Part shown: one piece after another, positions 51,305 through 64,000 of the stretch
How positions within the stretch are numbered: the stretch's first letter is position 1
How the letters are laid out: every line of letters starts with the position of its first letter
Source: Trichodelitschia bisporula
Lineage: Eukaryota
Direction: 5' to 3'
Length of the DNA stretch: 64,000 nt
NCBI GenBank assembly: GCA_010356995.1
Contig: ML996689.1
Span: forward strand, 169,873-233,872
Made by a program: the position numbers and the translations under genes
Notes under the pieces: model-generated
Seen by the model: the letters and a program-made list of their open reading frames with translations, nothing else
What the model was told of the DNA's origin: nothing
Database searches by the model: none

Positions 51305-52586
51305 ATGGACAAATTCCAGGCCTTTAGCAAGAACATCTCGTGCGTATCCTAGGCCTCTCGCTCGCCCTCACCCTCTCTATCACCACGCTAACAAAGCTTC
51401 TCCAGCGCGGCCGTGATGCCCGGCTTTGCTCGAACCCAGCAATTCGTCAAGGAGCGTCTGGGCCAGGCCGATGACAAGGTGCACCTCCTCGCTCTCTACC
51501 CCAGAGCCATCTAACCACACAGACCGAGCTCCCGCCCGACTACCTCGAGCTCGAGAAGCGGATCGATGCTCTCAAGGCCGTGCACCAAAAGATGCTCTCC
51601 GTGACGTTCGTCGCCCTCTCCCCCCTCTATCAAGCTCCCCAGCTAACCCACCAGCTCGCAATACACGCACGAAGCCTACGACTACCCCACCAACCTCCGC
51701 GAGTCCTTCAACGACCTCGGCCGCACCGTCTCCGAAAAAGTCACCCTCCTCAGCACTGCATCAACCCCCGCCGAAGCCGCCGCCGCAATGACCGCGCCCC
51801 CCTCCGCAGCCCCGCAACCCAAAACCTTCAACCATGCCCTCGCCCGCGCCGCCCTGTCCTCCAGCCACGTGCTCAACACAGCCGCGCACGACAGCGCGGA
51901 CGACGCGCTCGCGCAGGCGCTCGAGAAATACGCGGTTGCGCAGGAAAAGGTCGGCGAGGCGCGGCTTGCGCAGGATGCGGCGGTGCAGGCGCGCTTCCTG
52001 GCGGGTTGGACCACGACGCTGAACACGCAGCTGCAGTTTGCGGCGCGCGCGCGGCGTAATGTTGAGAGTGCGCGGCTGAGTCTCGATGCTACGAAGGCGA
52101 GCGTCAAGCCTGGTGGCTTGGGGTTCCCGGGGCAGCATCGCGATCCGCTTGGGGATGAGGAGCATTTGAGTGAGGAGGCGAGGGCGAAGATTGAGGCGAA
52201 GGAGGATGAGTTTGTGGGTGTGACGGAGGAGGCGGTTGGCGTGATGAAGAATGTACGCTTCCCCTTACACCCCGCCAAGATACACGATCCGCTAACGCCT
52301 ACCCCAGGTCCTCGATACGCCAGAGCCGCTGCGCAATCTGGCCGAGCTCATCGCTGCGCAGCTCGAGTTCCACAAGAAGGCATACGAGATCTTGTCCGAG
52401 CTCGCGCCCGTCGTCGACCAGTTGCAGCAGGAGCAGGAGGTAAGCCGCTCCCACTCCGCGTCGTCGTTTTCTGCGCTGTAGTGCGGCTTCCTGTGCCCCT
52501 TGTTTTGTCGCTTTTCCGCCACGGACGAGGCGCTGACAAGCTCCCGCGCGTAGGCTAGTTACCGGAAGAGCCGTGAGGGGGCGTAG
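51305..52586 (+). CDS. GVP36: BAR-domain protein, Gvp36 type, 6 exons
   Basis: MDKFQAFSKNIS|...RTQQFVKERLGQADDK|TELPPDYLELEKRIDALK...YTHEAYDYPTNLRESF...PKTFNHALARA...EDEFVGVTEEAVGVMKN|VLDTPEPLRNL...|ASYRKSREGA*. Confidence 0.88.
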
Positions 52587-53449
52587 AGTGAGCAGAGGGC
52601 GGGTTGCGGAGTGTTGGGCGGACTTGCGTAGGGCGAATGGGTCGGGCGAGGCTGGTTACGCTTATGCTTTGTATTCTGTGAGATTGAGATATTGAACTAT
52701 TAGAGGCCTTTTTTTCCCGTGATGCTGGTGAGGCTGAGGCACTACATTTGGCGATTGGAAGTGATGTTTGCGTTGCCCAGTCCTCTTCACGAACATTCAC
52801 GAACACTTACTCGACACTCGAGCACCAGGTAACGAACAATGCGGCAAGTCATCTGCTGTAATGCGCAGACAAAGCTTTATGAGCATCCCACTTGATCAGA
52901 CTTCGTGGGCAGGCAAACCGTAAACCTCGAGCCCAAACCATACGGTCCCTAAACAACCACAAGCCCGCGCCCCTCCCATCCAATAAACACCCCACGATGC
53001 ACAGTAGCGCAAAGACGCGGGGCACGAAGCACAGTAGCGCAAGACGCGATGCATGAAGCAACGCACAGCAGGTCTAGCGCCGAAGACACAATCACATGTC
53101 GTCCAACCCCAGCGCCAGGGGGCATGGCATGTTGGAAGGGGAAAACCCCACCATTCCCTTATCGAGAACCAACTCTTTTCCCCTTCTCCCTCACACATCA
53201 CCAAAGTGCAGGTTGCTTCAGAGCCAAGTTCATTTGAGAGTCAAGTTCATTCATTCGAAGAGATGCATTTGCTCGCCATCTCCCATTTCTCATGCCGGAT
53301 CAGCGCACCATTCACCATATACATACAACCATCCCCCCCAAAACGCCCGCCCGAGAGACAATCCTCGGGGTAACAGCCTGTCAGAAGAGACACACACGCA
53401 AGCCATGCCTAAAACCACACTAACACCTCATCACAAGTTTTTTTTTCCA

Positions 53450-54892
53450 CTACGCAGCACCAGCACCCTGAACCGGTTCAGGAAGCTTCGTAACCTGATT
53501 GCCAGCACGGATGATACGATTGCCCATCTCGTCCTTGAGGACCGTGCCGTCCTTCAGCGTACCATCGGACGAATGCGCGCGCTTCCAGATCTCAACCTCC
53601 ATGCCGCCGCGGATGACACCCACGCGCAATGTGGACAGCAGGTTGTGCGCCGCGTTGCTGTGGTTGTACACGCCGCCGTTGAACATGCCGGTCGCATCCT
53701 TGCCAACGCCGGAGAGGATGAGCGCGCGGCCACCGGGGTGGTCGTTGATGAAGCCGGAGAGATCGTGCACGACGCCCGCGACGGCAATCAGCGCACGTCC
53801 AGCCTTGGCCTGCTCGACGTAGTCGTCCCACTCCATGACAGGGAGCTGCTCGAGCGGGGTGCCCCAGTCGAGCTTGGCGCGGGTCTGGTCGAGCTTCTTC
53901 TGCAGCTGCTGGACACGGCCCTTCTCGATCTCGTTCGAGCGGAATTGCTTCAGGTTGTGCGCGAGCCCAAGCTGCTTCATGGTCCAGATGAACCACTTGG
54001 TCGGGTCGTATTGCCACCACTGGATGGCATTGCGGTAATCAGAGGGGAACTCGTGGTGGAAGTTGTGATAGCCTTCTCCGAGGGTGACGAGAGCGGTGAC
54101 GACGTGGTCGCGAGGGGAGTTGCGGTCGTCAAACGGTTGGTCACCCAGCCAGTGAGCCAGCGAGTTGACGCAGAAGGTAGCCTGCTGCACGAAGAAGATA
54201 CGGCAGATACCAGCATAGACGAGACCGCCAACCCAATCGTCCCAGAGAAGTCCAGCAACGACCGACGGGAAAATGATGCCCATGCCGAGCGCCACCCAGA
54301 CGTAGTGACGGTGCTGCCAGACGACGATCGAGTTCTCGTTCAGGTCGGTGATGTCGGTACGGCCGATGCGCTTAGGGTTCTGCTTCATCACCATCCAGCC
54401 CAGATGCGAGTACAAAAGGCCCTTGCGGACGCTGTACGGGTCCTTGTTGGTATCGGTGTAGCGGTGGTGGGCGCGGCTGCATGGGTTAGCATGGTCAATG
54501 GAATTATAGGAGGAAAAAGCTCACTGGTCACGGCTCCACCACCGGATCGAGCCCTCGACGGCACCGCCGCCGCACAGCGCGAGGAACAACTCCAGCGGGA
54601 ACGAGGCCGAGTACGACTTGTGGGCCCAGAGACGATGGTAGCCAGCGGTGATACCGAGGCCGGTGCAGAAGTAATAGAAAATGGACCAGCAGAAGGTGTA
54701 GAAGCGCAGCGGGGTCCAGATGGTGGCGACGACGCCGGCTAGAGGCAGGAAGCCGATGAAGTACACATTCATCCAGTTGACGTGCTGGTACCAATTGCTC
54801 CAGGTGATAGGAGTGTCGCTGATGTGAGGCTTCTTCTCAGACTTGTCGGTGGCCGCAGCGGCGTTGGGGCCGGCTGGCTTGGAGGTCGACAT
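53450..54892 (-). CDS. OLE1: Delta-9 acyl-CoA desaturase with a C-terminal cytochrome b5 domain, 2 exons
   Basis: His boxes HRLWAH, HRAHH and HNFHH; HPGG heme motif; intron 54477-54524. Confidence 0.96.
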
Positions 54893-56187
54893 TGTTAGAT
54901 GTCGAGGCAGTGTTGATGCCAGCAGAGGAGGAGGAGGAGGCGGTAGTGTGAGGGTTGAGCTCCGGAGGGGAAGATGGGTGGAGGGCTAAAGAGGAGAGGA
55001 GAGACTGAAGGTGGGAGGGGTTGAGATAATATATCGGACGGTGTCGGTTTGATCCGCTATCCACCAAAGGGGGCCGATGCAAGACAATCAACAGAAAAAC
55101 CGTTAGGCAACGGCGTCTGTTTGGTTGGCGGGTGGCGGGAAGGGGGGAACCAGTCTAGGCGTCGTAAAAAGAGGCAAAAGAATGGAGGTAGGAAGTCACG
55201 AGTGGGAGCGGTCGCCGGCCCGTTGATGTTGGGGTGAGGCTGGCGCGAAGCTTCTCAACAAAAATTATCCCTGGCGGGTGGTCCGTGGGTATGGGGTGGA
55301 GGGAGTGGCTGGTGAGATGAACCGAGGATATGAAGATTGTTTGGGGAGAAAGATGCAGATAGCAAGACCAGTGAAAGGAATTGATTGATAGCTTTGACTT
55401 TGATTCCCTGGATGTTTGCTCCAGCTCTACGGAGGTAGCTGTTGCTTCAATCCTCTCGAACCTCTGTGGCCAGCATGCAGCTTGAACGCCTCAACCCCAC
55501 GATACAGTACCGTAGTACGCCGTTGATCGCCCCTTCCAGCGCGGCTCTGCTCCAATCCCCTCTCAGCCAAGCTCGCTTAGTAAGGGCATAACGTCCCACC
55601 AAAATCAGCCCTGCCAAGTTCAACAAGCAGCCCAGGCATTTTGTGAGAGTCACAAAGTCACATGTGCCGAGCTCAAACTTCAAGCTCAACCCTCACCCGC
55701 ATGCCTGATCCTTTCTCGCCATGATCCCATCAAAAGCGCTTTGAATCCCCATATTTTCTCTCGCCACCCGTCGTTGAGACTCATGCAGGAACATTGGGAA
55801 ACACGCGCTTGTGGGGGTGTCCTTCCTGTGCATGATCACGTCACTGCTTTCCAGTCTCCACCCGCTCGCATGAAAAGGTCGAACCACCACTTGCTGCTTC
55901 ACTGCGGTGCCGGCCCGAGGGACTCCTCTGCTTCCGAAGCTGCCGAGTGGCGAGGTGATGTTCGTCGCCGGGTGCCTGGCGTGCCTGGATCTTCCGTTAC
56001 CCCATTCCGGCATCAAGGCACGCAGCACCTTCCCACGCGGTTGAGCAACCCCACCATATCCCCGCTTGTCCGCGGCACCACTTCCTCCCGCCACTCCTTG
56101 GCTCAATCTATTCCAAGCAAAGGACCCCGCAATATCCCGTTCGTCTGGAGCTCCGGCGGCAAATCTAGCGAGAGGCTGGGTTCGAGA

Positions 56188-56217
56188 TGTGTTTGGTGTT
56201 TGGTGTTTGGTGTTTGG
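56188..56217. repeat. (TGTTTGG)4 short tandem repeat
   Basis: Directly visible. Confidence 0.75.
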
Positions 56218-56944
56218 GATTGGGTGTTTGTAAGGTGAGACGCGAGGCGAGACTCGAGGTATGTACCACAGCGTATGCTTACCGTACGGCGTGTGCCTCT
56301 CTTGCTGTTGCACCCAGCCAGATGGTGCATCTGGTGGGACTGGAGGGGTACCGGTAGAGGAGCTCGAGAGTGCGGGATGTTGAGCTCGATGTTGGGCGGA
56401 CCTTACATTCACATGCTCGAAATCCGCACTCGAGATTCTCAACCATGTGTCAGCTCTACAGCTTGAAGCTCTGCTCCAGGTCCTAGGCTGCCATGAAGAG
56501 GTACAGTATCTTAGGGGGACACATTGGCCAGAGATAAGCTTCCATTGAGGTAAGATGCGGGTGCAACCGGTTGTGCGACATATTTCACTGCATGAGCTTG
56601 CGTCATCCCAACGATTCTTTGCTGAAGGCCCATTTAATGCTGAAGCCTGATCTGAATGGGAAGGTGCATCTGCACGGTAGACTCGGGATGTGTGTACTGG
56701 AAGCTGTCGACATGTGGAAGAGGATTCTGTAAAGCCGTAGCTTCACTTTCAACCGAAGCTACACAGAAGATGGCCGTTGGGTGATAGGGGTATCTGCTTC
56801 GGCTATGGGGGACTACCCGGCGCTCAAGGCCAAAACATTTGCATCCCGACTCGCTCAAGAATGCCCTCTCTCACAGCTTCCGGACCACTTCTATGCGAAT
56901 AATTCTGCGCTTCGGTATTTTCTTCCCATCAAATCATCCAATCC

Positions 56945-57016
56945 AGTCTAATGGTCTAGTGGTATGACGTCTGCTTCACACGCAGAAGGTCCAGGGTTCG
57001 ATCCCCTGTTGGACTA
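56945..57016 (+). tRNA. tRNA-Val (anticodon CAC), intronless
   Basis: Acceptor stem AGTCTAA/TTGGACT, D-arm TGGTCTAGTGGTATGAC, anticodon arm TCTGC-TTCACAC-GCAGA, T-arm CAGGG-TTCGATC-CCCTG; downstream T-run. Confidence 0.95.
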
Positions 57017-57304
57017 CATGATTCTTCCTTTTTTGCTCTTTGCGGGGCCCCTTCCCTTTTCGGCCCTCACGGTGCTCAGCCTTGCCATCTGCACTTTAGG
57101 AGCTCCACTTTCCATCGAAAAGCCCTCATGGCTCAGGGGTAGAGCGTCGCACTCGTACTTCGAGTACATGCGAAGGTCCGTCGTTCAAATCGGCGTGAGG
57201 GCAGATGCGAAGTTGTCTTTTTGCCTGTCCATCCCCCATCTTTGCCTTTTTTTTCACCTCGCCTGCTCCGCCATCACATCCCCTCCTTTCCGTCCCTTCC
57301 TCCA

Positions 57305-58841
57305 TCAAACAACCGGCCTCCAAGCCCCCCTCCCCGGATCAGCAACATACACATGCCCCCCCTCCCCAACTACCTCCAGCTTATCCCCCACCCTCACCTC
57401 CCCCCCCACCGCCCCCTTCCCCGGCACTAGATGCACCCCCAAACACGGTCCCTTACTCCCCTCATCCACAACCCTGTACTTCACCATCGTGCCAAACGGC
57501 TCGTTGAGCGCCTTCTCCCCGGAGTCAGGGTGCGTACTCGGCAGACTGCACCGCGGCGTAAGCGCCGAGACATGCAGCGGTAGGCCGGCGATGGAGACGC
57601 GCGTCCAGGCGTCTTCGGCGTAGGGCGCGGGGCCAGAGACTAGGGGGTTAGTAGGGTGGGAGGAAAGGGAAGGGGAGGGGGAGCGCTGACTGTATATGTT
57701 TGCCCTGAAGCGTCGTGCGTCAGGCGTGTAGCGCCGCCCTGGGGGGACACGCGCTTCGGTGTCGGCGATGCTGGTGAGGTTTTGGAGGTGGATTGGGTAC
57801 TGGCTTTGTTAGGTTTTGCTTGAGGGGGGGGGGGAGAAGCTGGCGCACTGAGTCTGCAAACCCAACCGCCGCCTGCCGCCCCAGCACCTCCGGCCCGGGG
57901 GCGCATTTGTACAGCACGCGGCTCCGCGCGGGGTGCACAGCGAACAGGGAGATGTCGTTCGATACCCCGAGCGCGTACGCCAGCTTGCTCTTCACGTCCG
58001 GGCTCATCGCACGTCCTACGTCTAGCGCGTGCGGGTAGTCGCGCCAGATGCGTAAACGCGCGGCGGGATAGTCTTCTTCCGAGGGTGTTAGGGGGACGTG
58101 GAATGTGAGCATTGGCTCTGCGCCCTTGTCCCGCCGACGCAGCTTTTCAAAGAGTGAAGCGAGGGTGCCGCGGAGGCCGTCGGGCGTGAAGGGGAAGGCG
58201 ATGATGAGGAGGGGGACGTCGGTGGGAGAGTGGTATTTGAGGGTGGAGTCCGGGAGCCAGATTTCGCAGCGGACGCGCGCGAGGCGCGGGTGGCTGCGCT
58301 GGGTTAGGAAGGCCCAGTGCCCCGACGCCGGCGGGGGCTGGAACTGGTCGTCTGCCTGGTCGTCGGTGAAGGGCGAGGTTGAGGCGGTGGTGGGGGTTGT
58401 GAGGTCCGCGCCAGCCTGCGGTGTGGGCGTGGTCCATTGCGCGAAGGCGAAGGCCCGGTCGTACTTGAAGCCCGTGGGCGTGATTTCCGCGGAGTGCACT
58501 TCGACGGGGTGACACGATTTAATCGGGTAGATGAAGAGCGCCTTTATGCGGTTCCCGCCTGCGGGATCGGCCTCGGCCTCGGCCCCGTCGCTTGGATTCC
58601 GCTCTCCGGGCGCGCCATACATGCTGCATCCGGGCGGTGGGGTGGGTTCGAGGGTGCGCTGCGTGAAGAGCGCGTAGATGTGCCATGCGGAGGTCCAGGC
58701 CCTGTGGTAGAGGAAGGGGATTAGCAACGTCGCGCCGATGAGCGTCGGGAGCACGAGGTAGAGCTCCCATGGTATGCTGGGGTTATCCGCCGGGAGGGAG
58801 GCGAGGCGCTCGCGGAGGGGGGCGTCGGTGGGACAGGACAT
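57305..58841 (-). CDS. MOSC-domain (mARC-like) protein with an N-terminal membrane anchor, 3 exons
   Basis: IKALFIYPIKSC, YDRAFAFA, FLTQR, GFADS, RFRANI, AEDAW, PRC and GEVRVGD motifs. Confidence 0.88.
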
Positions 58842-60504
58842 GTTGGTGGGTGGTGGATGGCGGTCATCGGGGGAGAGTGAGGCGCGTTGTCGTCGCGATG
58901 TTTGAAACGTTATCGGTTGCCGTGATCCGAGGGAGCTCCGGATGCCTCAGGCTGCGAGCCTTGGTATTTTGGGGTTCGCGGGGTTTGGTCGCGTGTCTTG
59001 CCGGCGTCGATGGCGGGGAATGGCGGGGTAAATGTTCGGAGTGGTTGAGGTCTGGTTCCTTCTCGAATGACGGCCTGGTCTAGCCACTTTCTGTGGGTTA
59101 GGGCAAAGGAGGGTGGCCGTGTCACGGGCCCAAGCGTTGTAGCGCAAGGAACAGCTGTGAGGCTGGACTCTCATCCTTCGGGAGCAGCCTTGCGTGGCGT
59201 CTTGCTATCGATTTCAAGCCGTCCGCTCAGAAGGCGGATAAGACCTACCGGATGAGGACGCTTGGTGAGAGGAAGGATGCAGCAACAGGCATCACAAACA
59301 GGCATGTCGAAACAAGAAACATTGAATTAAGGAACCTGGCTGCGGTATTGACGCTGCTTGAGGAACCATGCCCTGTTACACAAAGGCCACACAACTTCCC
59401 GCACTGCTCCCAGTTACATAAGGTACTCTATGTGCTCCTCCCATCTGAACGCAACGCCCGACTGACGGCACACGCCATTGCGGGGCAGTTCTACGGAGGC
59501 AAGGACTGGAGGGCATCAGAGGAAGTAGAGCCATGATTTAGAGGAAGTGCAGCCATGGTTTAGAGGAAGTGCAGAGGAATGGGTGTGAGGGTTTGGGATG
59601 TGTAGGAAAGAAGGGATGGAGGTTCAAAGTCCAATGTGCAAAGTTGAAGATGATGACTTCGTGTCAGGGTCGGGCCCGGATCAGACTTCATCCGACAGCA
59701 GCACAGCTTCTCGTCGTCTCCGGACTCCGGAACACGTCAAAAAGGCAGGCTGGGAACATCGGACGATGTTGGCGGCTGCAACAGTAGACGCATCGCGAGC
59801 GCGAGTCGTGAGTGGTAAAGTGGTGACGTCCAGGACGCGACGAACGCGACGCGTCGGACTTTCGGTGGGGCCGCCCCGCCCAGCCACAGATGCCAAGCCC
59901 TGATGTGTGGCAGGGTCTGGGTGCCTGACCCCCCTAATCTCAGCGGCCTCAGGCGCCTATCACGCACATGGATATGGATGAGGCGAGGTGCACAGGAGCA
60001 CAAACCCAAAGAGCACGAGAGATTGTTTATTTCCCCGGGAGAGAACAGACACAAGAACACGGCAGTGTTACCATCTCTTTTTCGTCTTGCATCAATTGCT
60101 ACCTTCGTACATAAGAGAGAGCGCTTCCCCTCGTCCTCCGCTCCAGCTGGGCGCGCGTGCAGTTACATCAGCGAAGCAATCAGCAGCGGAAAAAAAAGAC
60201 ACAGCTAAGCAAACCACGGCAAGACACACTCGGTTGCCCCAGCCACCACAAGCCAGCTTTTCTGCCCGACTCTTCTCTTCATCTCTGAACCAGTGCTATC
60301 GCAATATCCACCATCTCGCTCCACAAATCCCCCATCTTCAAAGTTGTCCCCCCCCCCCAGTCTCCAGCCATCCAATTCCCTTCTTACCCACCACCCCAAC
60401 CCCCCCCAGTCATCTCACCACTCGACCCACAACCACCCCCCTCCCCACCCATAAAACCACCACCACTCCATCCCTGCCCCGCAACTTCTTTTCCCCCTTC
60501 GACT

Positions 60505-61616
60505 ATGTTCTTCAAGCGCCTCTCTCGTGGCTCCCGTTCAAATTCTTACATCGAAGACTTTGCCGACGACAACAGCCCGAGCCGCTCCCCGCACGCTCCC
60601 CTCGACTCGCCCCGCGCCTCCAACCATCAGCACAACACGCTTCCCGACCGCGGAATCTCTGACCGCGGCATCCCTTCTACTCCGACGACCAAGGACGCAC
60701 CGCCTTTCGATTCCAAGGAGATGTATTCCCGCTCCCAGCCGCCCGCCGACCCGTACGCCCGTGCCGCCCACACAAACGGCATGAGCCACGGGTCGCGCAA
60801 CTCAATGGCCGTTGACCCCGCGCCGAGCAAGGCCGAGGGCGCACCCGACATGCTGTTGCGTGCGTGGGCTGAGACGCTGCGCCCCTACACCGATAAGATC
60901 GAACAGCTCGAGAACCAGGTCGCCGATCTGCAGAACTTCATCGACCAGCTCGAGCACCAGCGCGGAGAAGTGCACTCGTGGATTGACAAGCGTGGCTTGC
61001 GTCCTGGTAAGCTAGCCCCTGGCTCTACCGAAAAATCTTCGCTAACAAGACAGACGTCCCCCCCTCCATCGCCAAAGTCATGGACGCCCAACCCGACGCC
61101 GCAACAACCCTCAACGCCCAACTCGACCGCAAAATCACCATCGTAAACTTCGACCTGCACCGCCTGCAAGACGATCTAAACGACAGCATCTCCACCGCGC
61201 ACTTCGCCTCCGCCATGACCAAGTTCCTGCCAGACATCTCGCGCCTCTCCGCCCTCCCAGGCGGCGGCGCCAAATTCGGCTTCGACCTCATCCTCAAGCT
61301 AGGCGGGAACCTAAACTCGCACGGCGGGCTCGACTCCGGCGACCCGGCGGACCTTTCCGCGCGCCGCGATTTCTACGCCCAGCTCGACCAGGCCATGGTC
61401 GAGGTCGTGCGGCGCCGGTTCCAGGACGGCGAGGACTGGCCCGTCGGCCGCGAGATCAAGCGCATTGAGAAGACGGCGGCGTATCTGCGGAACTTTGGCG
61501 TCGAGCCGTATTTCCCGGCTACACTGGATGCGATGCGCCGTGAGGTTGACTATCGGGGTGCGGCGCCGCAAGGGGGGGTTCCGCCGGCGGCGCATAGCCC
61601 GCCGCGGTATCAGTGA
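60505..61616 (+). CDS. Fungal hypothetical protein with a coiled coil, 2 exons
   Basis: Two long ORFs join in frame across intron 61007-61053 (WIDKRGLRP|DVPPSIAKVMD...LDRKITIVNFDLHRLQDDLND); strong codon bias. Confidence 0.85.
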
Positions 61617-62118
61617 TTGCGGATGGGTGTTTGAGCGACTGGGCAGCAAGGCGTTTCGGGTTTGAGAAAATGGGGTGTTATTCGGCATACCACGGCATTA
61701 TGTTAGCGGGTTCGGGATCGGTGTACTTGTATTGACGAATCTCCTTGATAGGGGGGTCGCGTGGCGGATACGCATGGGAGCGGGTTCGGATGAGAGGGGG
61801 GAGGATGGGGGTGGATGTTCGGGGACTACAGATTTTAATCTCTTATTTCTGCTTCGGGATGGGATGGGAGGGGATTTGAGGTGGCCATATGAGATGGGAT
61901 AGGTAGCCAAGCGTCAATTGTGTTTTCCCCCTTACCGCTCCGTCGCTCCTGCTGAACTTGGAAAGCTTTTGATGTTGATAGCAAACTCCACCGGCGCTAT
62001 GATTCCCCGAGCGTGACTGCCATTCCTGGCGACGCACTGGCCTCTTCAGCCTTCCAAGACCTCTTCTTGCCAAGCATCGTAGGCCTCGCTGCGAGGCTCT
62101 ATTATCGATGTGCTGGAC

Positions 62119-62272
62119 TTCTCTTCCACTTCTCCTTTGCAACCTTCTGCATACCATCTTCTGCAACCATCTTCATACCATCCTCATACCATCGATTTTC
62201 TCTTCCACTTCTCATCTGCAACCTTCTACACACCATCTTCAAACCCTCGACATCTCTTCCACTTCTCCTCAT
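62119..62272. repeat. Degenerate pyrimidine-rich direct repeat (TCTCTTCCACTTCTC...TGCAACCTTCT...ACCATCTTC), about 2.5 units
   Basis: Units start near 62119, 62199 and 62253. Confidence 0.65.
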
Positions 62273-62547
62273 AGGTACGTCTTCATCTACTTCTCCAGTA
62301 TCTCGCTCATATCGTAGGGCGCGTTGAGAATCTCGTGTTTGTTTGTTGTCGCGGTGTTTGCGCTCGCCTTCGCGCCTCTTCACGAAGCTGTCTGTCGCTG
62401 TACGTAACTCCTTTCTCATCGTGTATCTGCGCAGATTATACCCCCGCGCTATACAATCCGCCTCGCGCCTCGGTGTCTATATACACCATCGATACTTACA
62501 ATCAATCGCCTGTTAACACATAACCCCCCCCCAGGGTCCATCCCAAG

Positions 62548-64000
62548 ATGTCCTCCCCCGCCACCCCCGCCCCGCCGCCCCCGTCGTCGCTGACGGCCGC
62601 TGAGCTGCGCTACATCATCAGCGTGCTCACGCACCTCGTCGCCGGCATCACCTCCTCCCGCACCACCGGCACGCCCCTCCTCACCCCCGAGCAGCGCATC
62701 GCCGCCATCGAGGCCCGCATGGAACAGCACGTCGTCAACATGCACTCGGTCCTCGCGCAGCTAGCCACCGTGCACGAAGCCGCCATCCACGCTGCCATCA
62801 CAGCCATCGCAGCCGACGCCGCCGACCACGAGTACGAGTACGGCCTGGGTGGCCTCGACGGGACCTCGGACACCATCAAGGGTGCGAAAAAGACCAAGCG
62901 CATCCGCTACGCGCTCCCCCCCTCGGCGCAGGCGCAGACGCAAGATGCGCTGATGGACGACATCGAGGCGTTGCTCGGTGCCCCTTCGTCTTCGGCCGGC
63001 CCATCGGCGAATGACACCCTGGTCGTAGATGGCGGGAATGATACTGGACAGGCCAAGCGGGGCAAGGTCGCGATCAAGATTAATCCGGCGCCTGAGGTGC
63101 CGAACCGGATTGTGCACGACACGGTTAGTAGGCTGGAGGAATTGTCTCGTAGTACACGGGAGGGGCTTTCGCCGGGGAGTGCTGTGAGGACGACTTCGCC
63201 TGTTTCGTCGCTTTCGCCGGTTACTGCTGCGGTTGGGTCGGCTTCGCCTGTTGCGTCTGCTGCGCCGGTTAGGTCTGGTTCTCCGGTTGTGTCGACCTCT
63301 CCCATTCCGGCTCCTTCGGCCTCAGGGTTACGTTCGGCGTCGGCTTCAGCGACACAGACGTCGACTGCGATTTTTCGTTTCTACGCGCGCGACAGGTCTC
63401 CAGGCCCGCCTCCAGGTTACGCACCTCCGGATGTTCCCTTGTCGCAGCTGTTCAACACCTTTCAAGCAGCTCAGGCCCCGGTCGCTGTCTCGCAAGCTGC
63501 GGGTGGTAGTCGTATGGTCCGCTCTCCGGGGTTTATGAATCTGGCACTTGCACGTCTTTCCCTGGAAGACGACGACCTCCCGAGCTACGAGTCTCTCCAG
63601 CACCCAACTTCCGTACCCTCGAGCAATTTCTACCCAGACTCCGACTCCGAAGAGCACGAATCACTGCCTCTGCCCTCGCCTCCGCATGCGCCTTTCTTAC
63701 CTCAAGAAAGCGCTCCAGTCATCACCACCGCATCGACGAACCTTCCTAACAGCGAAATCCAGGGCGAAGCGGGCTACGCGTACTACAGCACCGACGACGA
63801 GGAGGGCTATTACGAACATCCGGCCTACAAAAAGGTCGCGGATGGCCCTCCCGCTGTCTACCACGCCGTCAAGGACCCGGTTCCCTATCGTTCCAGTGGC
63901 GGGGCATCGCCTGACATCACCGACCTTGTTCCGCGCGAGGCGCACCAGGGCCTGGTCCCCGCCCCGCTCACCATCGTCAAGGGCAGCTACGCGCGCCGTA
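62548..64000 (+). CDS. Hypothetical protein, 3'-truncated by the window edge
   Basis: ATG in CAAGATG context. The frame reads MSSPATPAPPPPSSLTAAELRYIISVLTHLV... with a helical N-terminus, then a Ser/Pro/Thr-rich region, and appears open to the window end, which would explain its absence from the ORF track. Confidence 0.7.
   Translation, partial: MSSPATPAPPPPSSLTAAELRYIISVLTHLVAGITSSRTTGTPLLTPEQRIAAIEARMEQHVVNMHSVLAQLATVHEAAIHAAITAIAADAADHEYEYGLGGLDGTSDTIKGAKKTKRIRYALPPSAQAQTQDALMDDIEALLGAPSSSAGPSANDTLVVDGGNDTGQAKRGKVAIKINPAPEVPNRIVHDTVSRLEELSRSTREGLSPGSAVRTTSPVSSLSPVTAAVGSASPVASAAPVRSGSPVVSTSPIPAPSASGLRSASASATQTSTAIFRFYARDRSPGPPPGYAPPDVPLSQLFNTFQAAQAPVAVSQAAGGSRMVRSPGFMNLALARLSLEDDDLPSYESLQHPTSVPSSNFYPDSDSEEHESLPLPSPPHAPFLPQESAPVITTASTNLPNSEIQGEAGYAYYSTDDEEGYYEHPAYKKVADGPPAVYHAVKDPVPYRSSGGASPDITDLVPREAHQGLVPAPLTIVKGSYARR

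Noticed and set aside
52998..53050. Duplicated GCACAGTAGCGCAA(A)GACGCG, and a similar ~22-bp duplication at 59518-59575
   Set aside because: Simple local tandem duplications with no further structure.
53096..54742. 548-aa ORF antisense to OLE1
   Set aside because: Shadow ORF produced by the strong GC3 codon bias of OLE1; no recognisable protein features.

Overview
GC-rich, intron-containing genomic DNA from a filamentous ascomycete (Pezizomycotina; the class cannot be fixed from sequence alone). The window holds about 20 protein-coding genes. Most are housekeeping: an EXPERA/TMEM97-like membrane protein, cystathionine beta-lyase, Glo3-type ArfGAP, KRR1, an RS-tailed cyclophilin, a CoA-binding protein with PTS1, an MFS hexose transporter, an R3H-associated protein, HIS2, FKBP12, a Gvp36-type BAR protein, OLE1 and a MOSC protein. 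There are also two transcription factors (C2H2, Zn2Cys6), a secreted Bys1-like protein, and allorecognition-type genes (the WD40 tail of a probable NLR and a stand-alone HET gene). RNA genes are tRNA-Val(CAC) and two dispersed 5S rRNA sequences. No intact transposon, CRISPR array or biosynthetic cluster was seen. The most unusual items are: (1) a 261-nt intron that is almost entirely an ~88-bp foldback hairpin hiding cryptic splice sites; (2) two 5S sequences that differ by three compensated base pairs in helix II; (3) a possible catalytically dead OTU-like domain fused to C2H2 fingers; (4) an orphan 21-bp minisatellite that reads as a coiled-coil heptad in a frame missed by the ORF track; (5) a recurrent switch from C-rich to G-rich sense sequence along genes. 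All calls were made by eye; no database searches were run.
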